This document shows positions 1 to 8,201 of a stretch of DNA of 64,000 nucleotides, in pieces; within the stretch, counting starts at the first letter, position 1, and every line of letters starts with the position of its first letter. Source of the stretch: an uncultured Planctomycetota bacterium (GTDB lineage: Bacteria; Planctomycetota; Planctomycetia; Isosphaerales; Isosphaeraceae). The notes beneath the pieces are model-generated. The model did not search any database. It was not told the DNA's origin and saw only the letters and a program-made list of their open reading frames with translations. Location of the stretch: assembly GCA_963845755.1 (NCBI GenBank), contig CAWJTV010000029.1, forward strand, positions 64,001 to 128,000, written 5' to 3'. The translations under genes and the position numbers were made by a program.

Positions 1-1
1 C

Positions 2-502
2 GATCGCGGGACGCTCGAACGGATCTTCGCCGACACCCTGGGAATCCGGCATGTCATCTGGCTGGGCCGGGGGATCGCGGGCGACGATACCCACGGCCAT
101 GTCAACGACCTTACGCGGTTCGTCGATCCCACCACGGTCGTCACCGTCGTCGAGCCGAATCCCGACGACCCCAATCACGAGCCACTTCGCGCGAACCTCG
201 AACGCCTTCAGGACGGTCGCGACCAGGACAACGAGCCGCTCCGCGTGGTGGAGCTGCCGATGCCCCGCCCCGTGGTCTTCGACGGCCAGCGGCTGCCCGC
301 TAGTTATGCGAATTTCTACATCGCCAACGGATTGGTCCTGGTGCCGACGTTCAACGATCCGGCGGACCGGATCGCCCTCGACACCCTGGCCCAAGTCTTC
401 CCCGACCGCGAGGTCGTCGGCGTCCACTGCGTCAACCTGGTCCTCGGACTGGGGACCTTGCATTGCTTATCGCAGCAGCAGCCGGCCGGGACACCCCTTT
501 AG
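2..502 (+). CDS. aguA: Agmatine deiminase / peptidylarginine deiminase family protein (5'-partial)
   Basis: Frame open from base 2: WLGRGIAGDDTHGHV..., ASYANFYIANGLVLVPTF, and GLGTLHCLSQQQP carrying the catalytic Cys. Confidence 0.9.
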   Translation, partial: DRGTLERIFADTLGIRHVIWLGRGIAGDDTHGHVNDLTRFVDPTTVVTVVEPNPDDPNHEPLRANLERLQDGRDQDNEPLRVVELPMPRPVVFDGQRLPASYANFYIANGLVLVPTFNDPADRIALDTLAQVFPDREVVGVHCVNLVLGLGTLHCLSQQQPAGTPL

Positions 503-575
503 ATTGGAATCCTGAATCCCACGCTGTTTGTGGCCTAACCCCGCGTCGGGCGTTCGACCTCTCGCGAAGATCGCG

Positions 576-1928
576 TCATCCGCCGCCCCCGGACCGCGTG
601 GTGCCCGGCCGCGAGGGCCGACCTTTGGGCCGCGCCGGCTTTTGATTCCGACTCGGCTTCGCGGGTTGGCCCTTCTTCTTGAGGTAGTCGAGCCACTTCT
701 GATACTGCGGGGACTTCACGAAGTCGGAATAGGCCGGGATCTTGGTCAGGTCGTTGAACGTCATCTGGAACGTCTGATCGAGCGACTTGAGCTGCGCCAG
801 GGTCTCATCGTGGTCTTTCAGCGCCACGGCATAGCCCAGGACGCTCTGATGAGCGAGAAGCAGCGTGGGTTCTTGGTCAACGGCCTTCTGGGCGAGTCGC
901 TTCGCCTCCTGCAAGTTGCCTTGAGCTTCGCACATATTCGCGCGCATCACGTTCAGGTAGGGGTCTCCATCGAGGGATCGATCCACGCGGTCGATCGCCT
1001 TCATCGCCCCCGCGAAGTCCTTCTTCAGCACGTACGAGTCGATGGAGATGAGATCCAGGCACGCGTCGTGGGGAAAGAACTTCTCGAAGTCCTCGAGCAC
1101 TTCGCCGTATTCCTTCTCGTCGACCGCCTGCGCCGCGCGGAGGCGCATCAGGAGGACCAGTTTCTGTTGCTGAGTCTCGGGGCTCAGGGCCTTGAGGATC
1201 GTCAGGGCTTCCTTGAACTTGCCTTGATTGAGGAGCTGTGTGGCCTGTGTCCACTTGGGGAAATCCTTGACGTAGTCCTTCTCGCCGGTCAGAAGCTTGT
1301 CGAGGAATGTTCGCGAACCGCTGGAAATGATGGGCAGCAGGGCACGACGGAGTGTCGCACTCAGGAATTCCCCACTGAGGTAGACGTAGATGTCGGACAT
1401 GCGGACCTCGCCATCGGCCGAGCGTTGCGGGACGAGCTCCATGTAATTGAATCCACCCTCGCTGGACGGCTTGAGCATCCGGAACAGGATCACCTGGCGC
1501 CCGTGGTTCTGTCGGGTCCGCAGGAAGCTGAAGCTTCCCCCTTGCTTCGAGTTCTGGATCAGTTGGCCGGTGACTCCGGTCGGCTGTTGCATACCCTCTT
1601 TCAGCCCGGAAAGCGTGTCCTGGCTCGCCTTGGCGGGTATATCCCAGCCCATGGAGATCCTCTTGAAGAACGCGTCCCAATCGATCAGGCCATTCAACTT
1701 GGCCTGATCCCCGGTCGCAATAGCCTTGGCGACGGTGTCGGCGAACGCGCGGCATTCCGCCTCCGAGAGAGCCCCCTTTGCCTTCGCGGTGTTGCGAGCG
1801 GGCTGGCTGGGACGCGCCTTCGATCGGGGAGCGGGGCCTCGCCGGACCTGTCCCCAGGTCGGAGAGGTGGTCGCAATCAGGAGCGCGAGGACACAAACCA
1901 TGCGAGCGAACAACACCCAGAGCTTCAT
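576..1928 (-). CDS. Exported TPR-containing hypothetical protein
   Basis: ATG 1928 preceded by GGAGG; signal-peptide-like N-terminus; helical TPR-like C-terminal half. Confidence 0.7.
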   Translation of the reverse strand: MKLWVLFARMVCVLALLIATTSPTWGQVRRGPAPRSKARPSQPARNTAKAKGALSEAECRAFADTVAKAIATGDQAKLNGLIDWDAFFKRISMGWDIPAKASQDTLSGLKEGMQQPTGVTGQLIQNSKQGGSFSFLRTRQNHGRQVILFRMLKPSSEGGFNYMELVPQRSADGEVRMSDIYVYLSGEFLSATLRRALLPIISSGSRTFLDKLLTGEKDYVKDFPKWTQATQLLNQGKFKEALTILKALSPETQQQKLVLLMRLRAAQAVDEKEYGEVLEDFEKFFPHDACLDLISIDSYVLKKDFAGAMKAIDRVDRSLDGDPYLNVMRANMCEAQGNLQEAKRLAQKAVDQEPTLLLAHQSVLGYAVALKDHDETLAQLKSLDQTFQMTFNDLTKIPAYSDFVKSPQYQKWLDYLKKKGQPAKPSRNQKPARPKGRPSRPGTTRSGGGG

Positions 1929-2247
1929 CGGATGACCTCCGTTGGGAGACAACGATGTCACGAAACGCCGACCGATCGGGGAGGATTGCGGTTAAATCGC
2001 GTATCATCTTAAACAAGCAGCCTGCTTGATGCGAGAGTCAACGCGAGACACCCTGGAAATGAGGCTCCTTGGCAACGAATGACGATTCCCGAATCGCCGA
2101 GGGGGTTGATCAAATCCGGGTCTCCTGGGCGATAATGGGATCATCGCCGCCGGCCCGACCGTCGGATCCCGCGTTTGTTGCGTCCCCGCGCCGCGTCGAG
2201 AGCATCTAGATGGCTCGGTTTCCACCGGGCTGGAGTGGAACCGAGCC

Positions 2248-3819
2248 ATGGCCAATCATCGTCCAAACCACCGTAAAGGTCAGGGATCGAACCCATCGCG
2301 ACCGGGACAGCGCCCGCGCCCGGGGACCGGGCCGGGCCCTCGGCAGGGATCGTCGGGAAAATCCGGAGGACGACCCTCGGGCGCTCGGTCCAGGGCCGCC
2401 CCGGCCGGTCGCCAGCCGGCGGCATCCACCGGCTCCCGCTCGGAGTCGGGCAAGCCGGAACGGCTCCAGAAGGTCCTGGCGCAGGCCGGTCTGGGCTCGC
2501 GGCGCGGCTGCGAGGAACTGGTCCTCCAGGGCCGGGTCACCGTTGATGGGAAGGTGGTCCGTCTGCTGGGCACGAAGGTCGATGCCGCCCGGGCCCGCAT
2601 CGCGGTCAACGGCGAACCGATTCGTCGGGAACCGATCGTCTACTTCGCCGTCAACAAGCCCAAGGGTTACGTATCGACCAATTTCGACCCATCCGGACGC
2701 CCCCGCGTCGTCGACCTGCTCCCCGAGATCCCCGAACGGGTTTATACCGTCGGACGCCTGGACGAGGACAGCACCGGGCTGATGATCCTGACCAACGACG
2801 GCCATCTGGCCAACGGGCTGGCGCATCCCCGCTACGGCGTCGAGAAGATGTACCGGGCGCTGGTCGCCGGCCTGCCAGCCCCCGAGACGATCGGCAAGTT
2901 GACCGAAGGCATTTGGCTCTCCGACGGAAAGGTCCGCGCCAAGCGGGCCCGGGTCGTGGGCCGCCAGGGCCAGGCCACTCTCGTGGAGCTGGTCCTCGCC
3001 GAGGGGAAGAAGCGCGAGATCCGGCGGATGCTGTCCAAACTCGGACATAAGGTGATGGCGCTGAACCGTGTCGCCGTCGGGCCGATCACGCTCAAGGGGC
3101 TGCCCGTCGGCGAATGCCGGCCCTTGACGCGCCACGAGGTCGACCTGCTCCGCAAAGTCGCGTCCGGGATCGCGGTGTCGGTGCCGGACTTTGCCGATGC
3201 CAAATCGTCGACCCGATCGCGTCGCGACGGACCACCCCGAGACCGGCAACGACCTCACCCACACATCGCGGAACCATCCCGCTCGCCTCGTCGGGAGCGT
3301 GACCGGCCCGCGAGCGAGGAGGACGCCGGAGCGGCCCGGCCGCCGAGACGCCCCGCAGGCGCACGCGATCGCTCGTCCCACGGCGGGTCGCGACCGGTCC
3401 TCCCTCACGATCGGGGCCCCGCCGCATCGGGCACCCGCGGCAGTCCACCGAGCCGGGGCCCTCGCGGCCATGCGGTGGATTCCGGCGCACCACCCGACAC
3501 AGCGACCGGACCGGCGTCCAGGTCGAAGCGGGCTCCGATCGGCGCGAACCCACCTCCCGACAAACCGAAGCGTCCGGCGCGAACCCCCCAGCCCAAAACC
3601 GCTCGACCGGTCTCCGCTCCACCCGAGGAGGCACCACCCCGGCGCCGCATCATCGGACTGGAGGAACCCGCGCCCACCACGGGCCCCCGCCGGACCCTCG
3701 CGGGCCGTCCCGGTCGAAAACGACCGACGGCCCGGAAGCCCAGGCCACCCCGCGGCACGCCGGCACCCCGGCCCAGCCGTCCGGTTCCCGACGAGAAGAC
3801 GAACGACGATGGACCATAA
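2248..3819 (+). CDS. rluB: RsuA/RluB-family rRNA pseudouridine synthase with S4 domain and long Arg/Pro-rich tail
   Basis: ERLQKVLAQAGLGSRR (S4), NKPKGY, VGRLDEDSTGL (catalytic Asp), EGKKREIRRM. Confidence 0.9.
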   Translation: MANHRPNHRKGQGSNPSRPGQRPRPGTGPGPRQGSSGKSGGRPSGARSRAAPAGRQPAASTGSRSESGKPERLQKVLAQAGLGSRRGCEELVLQGRVTVDGKVVRLLGTKVDAARARIAVNGEPIRREPIVYFAVNKPKGYVSTNFDPSGRPRVVDLLPEIPERVYTVGRLDEDSTGLMILTNDGHLANGLAHPRYGVEKMYRALVAGLPAPETIGKLTEGIWLSDGKVRAKRARVVGRQGQATLVELVLAEGKKREIRRMLSKLGHKVMALNRVAVGPITLKGLPVGECRPLTRHEVDLLRKVASGIAVSVPDFADAKSSTRSRRDGPPRDRQRPHPHIAEPSRSPRRERDRPASEEDAGAARPPRRPAGARDRSSHGGSRPVLPHDRGPAASGTRGSPPSRGPRGHAVDSGAPPDTATGPASRSKRAPIGANPPPDKPKRPARTPQPKTARPVSAPPEEAPPRRRIIGLEEPAPTTGPRRTLAGRPGRKRPTARKPRPPRGTPAPRPSRPVPDEKTNDDGP

Positions 3820-4747
3820 TGAAAGTCGGTCAGGCTTTCGCACGGACCGAAGATCAATGTCCCGGCTTGTCCCGATCGTGGAGAACGTGCGGATCGCGAG
3901 GGACACCTACCGCATGAGGCTCGGTGATCCGGAGATGGCGGGGGCGATCCGGCCCGGTCAGTTCGTGATGATCCGGCCGGGACCGGAAGGGACGAGCGAC
4001 CCCTTGCTCGGCCGTCCGCTGGCCCTCTACGATGTGGTCCGCGACCCCGCCGGTGCGGCCGTCGCCTTCGAGATCGTCTATCTGGTCGTCGGGCGAGGGA
4101 CGGCTGCACTCACCCAGCGGCGATCGGGAGAGCGGATATCCGTCTGGGGCCCGCTCGGCAATGGCTTCGGACCACCCCCGGCAGGACCGGTCATCTTCGT
4201 GGCCGGCGGGATCGGACAAACTCCGTTCCTGGCCCTGGGCCGATGGTGGCTCGGGCGGGAATCAACCCAGGAGTTGCCGCGACCGTCCGGAACCACGACG
4301 GCTCTCACTCGCGTTCGAGACACCGAGGCGCGAAAGACTCCTCCGACGATCACGATGCTCTACGGAGTCCGGACCGCCGCGTTCCTGGCGGGCGTCAACG
4401 ACTTCCGCCGCGCCGGGATCGAGGTCGAACTCGCGACCGACGATGGCACAGCCGGCCACCATGGCTTCGTCACCGACCTCCTCGCCCGCCGCCTGGAACG
4501 CGGGGAGCATCCGGCCCGAGTCGTCGGCTGCGGACCGCCCCCGATGCTGGCCACCTTGTCGCGACTGGTCGAACGTCATGGAGTGGCTTGCGACGTCTCG
4601 CTGGAGAACCACATGGCCTGCGGCTTCGGCGCGTGTTTCAGTTGCGTCGCCCCGATTCGCCAGGCCGACGGTTCGACGGACCTGCGGCGCGTCTGCATCG
4701 AAGGGCCGGTGGTCGCCGCGGATCGCGTCGATTGGACGGCGTATTGA
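3809..4747 (+). CDS. pyrK: Dihydroorotate dehydrogenase electron transfer subunit
   Basis: PGQFVMI, GPLGNGF, AGGIGQTP, CGP and 2Fe-2S motif MACGFGACFSC...RVCIEGPV; start overlaps the upstream stop. Confidence 0.85.
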   Translation: MDHNESRSGFRTDRRSMSRLVPIVENVRIARDTYRMRLGDPEMAGAIRPGQFVMIRPGPEGTSDPLLGRPLALYDVVRDPAGAAVAFEIVYLVVGRGTAALTQRRSGERISVWGPLGNGFGPPPAGPVIFVAGGIGQTPFLALGRWWLGRESTQELPRPSGTTTALTRVRDTEARKTPPTITMLYGVRTAAFLAGVNDFRRAGIEVELATDDGTAGHHGFVTDLLARRLERGEHPARVVGCGPPPMLATLSRLVERHGVACDVSLENHMACGFGACFSCVAPIRQADGSTDLRRVCIEGPVVAADRVDWTAY

Positions 4748-4749
4748 GA

Positions 4750-5523
4750 TCAACGCCGAGCCCGGCTCTGGTCCCGGATCCGGTCGCGGAGCCGGGCGGC
4801 CTGCTCGTAATCCTCGCGGGCGACGGCTTCGTCGAGCTGCTCGCGCAGCGTTTTCTCCACCGAGAAGTTCTTGCGGATCTCCTGCTCGATTCCGCGGAGG
4901 GTCTCGATCAGGGCGGGGTTCGGGGATTCGGCCGCGTCGTGTTCGTCCCACCAGTTCCGTTGATGGGCCGAGAGGCGATCGACCCCCTCGCGCAAGGCGT
5001 CAACGGCCTCCTCGGGCCGTCGACGCTCCAGCGCCAGCGCGGTCGCGGCCTGGGTGCGATGGAACAGGACGGGCCCACGGAATTGCTCGTGGGAAGCGAT
5101 GTACTCGTCCTCGAGTCCATGCCGGTGGATGAAGTCCATGAGGGCGAGCGTATGATCCGCGTCCAGGATGGCCTTGTCGTAGCGACGAAGGGCCAGCCAC
5201 GCCACGCGCCGATGATAGAACTGGATGAATTCGCGATCGGCCTCCGAGCACTGGTGCGACGTCATCATCCACGGCGGGGCCTTACCCCCCGGCGCCTGGC
5301 CTCGTCCCGCCGCGTTATGCCGCAGGTAATCGAGATAGGTCGCGAAGCCGTGGGGCCGCAGGCCATCGGGTCGTCCCCCGACCTCGAGCTGGAGCACCCC
5401 CAGCTCGATCCGGACCTGCAAGACCGTGCGTCCGTCGCGCGCCCGGACTTCTCGCGCCAGGACTTCCCCAGGCTCGGGGTCGTACGGCCAACCCTGGATC
5501 ACGTCATCCAAGTCCCGTCGCAT
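4750..5523 (-). CDS. UvrB/UvrC (UVR) motif-containing protein
   Basis: C-terminal LREQLDEAVAREDYEQAARLRDRI; N-terminal LQVRIELGVLQLEVGGRPDG. Confidence 0.8.
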   Translation of the reverse strand: MRRDLDDVIQGWPYDPEPGEVLAREVRARDGRTVLQVRIELGVLQLEVGGRPDGLRPHGFATYLDYLRHNAAGRGQAPGGKAPPWMMTSHQCSEADREFIQFYHRRVAWLALRRYDKAILDADHTLALMDFIHRHGLEDEYIASHEQFRGPVLFHRTQAATALALERRRPEEAVDALREGVDRLSAHQRNWWDEHDAAESPNPALIETLRGIEQEIRKNFSVEKTLREQLDEAVAREDYEQAARLRDRIRDQSRARR

Positions 5524-5870
5524 CACGTTCCCCCGCCCCGTCCCGTTGTCTCGTGCCACGGCTCGCGCGAGCCGACTTCTCGCGGAACAGCCCCGCCTCC
5601 CACCGATTCTTCACAATTGGTCGAGGCGCGTCTCCCGAGTTCTTGATCCGATCCGATGCACCCGAAGCCCTCTGAGACTCCAGTTTGAATTATAGCACTC
5701 CCCTCCTCTCGAATCCTACTGGTTGTCGTAGGGAGGATCCACGGAATCCCCGACGTGTTTGACGCATGCAACATCACCACCGCGGACCGGGACCCGGCCC
5801 ACGAAAGCCGATCACCTCGATGCCAGCGTCTCGACCCGACGAGGTCACGACAGCGGGACTGCGAGACCCA

Positions 5871-6172
5871 ACGCGGCCTCAGGCCGTAACCCCAAAAGGG
5901 ATTCAAGATTCGAGATTCCGGATTCCAGAAGCGGAATGATCCGGGATTCCGGAATCTCGAATCCGGAATTCGGAATCCCCAGAGGCGCGCACGGCGAGGG
6001 ATCCTACGGAGGAAGACGCTGACGCGGCCTGCGGCCGCAACCCCATCGGGATTCCCGATTCGCGATCCCGGATTCCCGAAGGGGAATGATCCGGGAATCC
6101 GGAATCGCGAATCCGGAATTCGGAATCCCCAGAGGCGCGGCAGCGGCAAGGGATCCTACGGAGGACGACTCT
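5871..6172. repeat. Two tandem copies (5871-6020, 6022-6172) of a ~150-bp palindromic element
   Basis: ACGCGGCC..GGCCGYAACC left end, GGATTCC/GGAATCC heptamer hairpin core, GATCCTACGGAGGA(A/C)GAC right end; further copies at 11.8-12.3 kb. Confidence 0.9.
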
Positions 6173-6244
6173 AACACGCTGTTTCAAAACAGGGCCTGGC
6201 TCCGAGTCTTCGAGGTGCCTGTCCCCCTTTTGAATCCACCTCTA

Positions 6245-6502
6245 ACGCGGCCGGTCCGCAACCCCGTCGTCCCCAACAGGATTTCACGCGGAGGCGCGGT
6301 GGACGCGGAGAAATCCCTCATCAGTCCCGATCCGATTCTTAACCGTCAGCGTCCTCCTCCGCGCCTCCTCGTGAGAATCTTCCCTTCCGAAGATGCGCGG
6401 CACGGCGCAGAGATCCTACGGAGGAAGACGCTACGAGCCCGACGCGCCAGCAAGTGGATTCCGGAAGGGAAGATCCATTCGCGCGCTGGCGCTTTGGGCT
6501 CG
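6245..6502. repeat. Variant of the same element with a different internal hairpin (6245-6432), followed by a second REP-like hairpin (6434-6502)
   Basis: Same ends around arms TCACGCGGAGGCGCGG / CCGCGCCTCCTCGTGA; then CGAGCCCGACGCGCCAGC...GCTGGCGCTTTGGGCTCG. Confidence 0.75.
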
Positions 6503-6788
6503 CATCCGATCGCGGCAGCGGCCACCCATACTGGCCCAGGAGCCAAGCCTTCTACGCGCGATCGAATTCCCTGTGACCCGACGAGAATAAAGATCAGGGA
6601 ATGAAACATCATCGGACCACGAAGGTTCAAGGAAAGCAACGCACGCGATCGTCGCGTGGAAGGGCCGCATCATTAGTGTTCGAGAAACGATCAACTTATT
6701 CCAAAAGGACGATTATTGATTACCTTGTTTATGTTGAGTACCATCCGTCCGCTCGCAGGCGGGATGGGGCATCAACGATTCTTCACCC

Positions 6789-7541
6789 GTGGAGCGAATT
6801 CCTATGGAAGCGATGTGCGATCCAGCCTCGGTGAGCGGCCGTGTGGCGCCAAATCCCGTCTGTCGGATCGGCCGACCCGCGCTGGGATTGGCGATCTTGG
6901 TCCTCGCTGCGACGGCGTCCGCCGGAGGCCGAGCCGAGGCCGGTTCCCTGTACGTTGGAACTAACTACAGTCCCCCGTTTAACTTCACATTGAACGGTAT
7001 CTCGGAATCCTCGCCCGGAGGGAATATCACCCCTTCGACCCTCAATGGCGTCGCCTTACCGTATCTGTACTGCATCGCGGAAGACGTCAACATTTATGTG
7101 GGCAATACTTATAAGACCACCGTTTCTACCACCGGTTATTACAACGGCCATCTCATGAACAATGCCGGCCAGATCGCCTGGCTAATGACGAACCTCGCGC
7201 CGTCGGCAACGACGTTGGCCGAGCAAGAGGGCCTCCAGGGGGCGATCTGGCAGCAGGTCTACGGATCGAACTTCGTCTTCGATCAGACAAACAATGATCC
7301 GAATGTCATCGCCGCCTTCAACGCCGATATCGCCGCCCTGGATGGTCATACCGCGCCCGTGGACAGTCTGCTCTGGCTGACTCCGTTCAACAGTGATTGT
7401 TCGGTTGCCCAGGGCCTGGTCGCCCTCAACGCGGTCCCCGAGCCGGCTTCCTTCGTCCTCGCCGGATTCGGCAGCTTGGGCCTTGTGTTGTACTACCGAC
7501 TGCGTCGCCGCAAACCATGCGGTCTGACTCAGCCCGGCTGA
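6789..7541 (+). CDS. PEP-CTERM sorting domain protein
   Basis: Signal peptide ending AEA; C-terminal VPEPAS + TM helix + RLRRRK. Confidence 0.9.
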   Translation: MERIPMEAMCDPASVSGRVAPNPVCRIGRPALGLAILVLAATASAGGRAEAGSLYVGTNYSPPFNFTLNGISESSPGGNITPSTLNGVALPYLYCIAEDVNIYVGNTYKTTVSTTGYYNGHLMNNAGQIAWLMTNLAPSATTLAEQEGLQGAIWQQVYGSNFVFDQTNNDPNVIAAFNADIAALDGHTAPVDSLLWLTPFNSDCSVAQGLVALNAVPEPASFVLAGFGSLGLVLYYRLRRRKPCGLTQPG

Positions 7542-8201
7542 GGGAGGGTAAGGAGGGGGTGTCACCGACGCCCTCTTACGCCGATCACGACATGTGATCG
7601 TTCCCCTGATGGGTCTGGGCCTCTTCCGCCCCACCGGGAAAAGTGGCTCCGCTTGATTGAACGATCGAACAGATCTCATGGCCCGCTCTCAAGTCGATCC
7701 ACCGATCGCTCGAGTAGGCGCCGGCCCTGACTGAAACTGCAAATCGGCAGGGTCTTACCTGATTAAAAGTTCACTCTACCAGACCACCCAAACCCGGTCT
7801 TTCCATTTCACGGTGAACCAGCAAAGAACGGAATCAACAACTGGCCCGCCCACCAATACCGCTCCCCGCCCCGTAGGATGACTGCCGCCATGCGGGTGCC
7901 TCCTTCCATGGAGCCGATGACGGCGTGTCATAGCAAAAAAACCCAAACCAGGGAACAATGCTTTTCTGGTTCCCGGGAGGGGAAACGAACGGGTACGTAG
8001 CGAGTTTCCCAGTCTTCGGCGTTATCTTCGGATCAGCCCCGCCGGCAAGTCCACGAAGAAGGAGCTGAAAAGGGATTACGAGCTGAAAAGGGGGCGGCGC
8101 AGGCTCGAATGCGCCGATCCGAAGATCCCACAGGATGGAACAATTGGTCCTCGGCGCGACATTACTGCGTAGAGACCCGATTGGAGGAGGACGGATTCGC
8201 G

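Noticed and set aside
98..106. Agmatine deiminase H-x-D motif reads HVN
   Set aside because: A single-base difference in an error-prone sequence; cannot claim inactivation
8062..8092. Direct repeat GAGCTGAAAAGGG x2 upstream of the ECF gene
   Set aside because: Only two copies; could be a REP fragment or local duplication, with no support for an operator role
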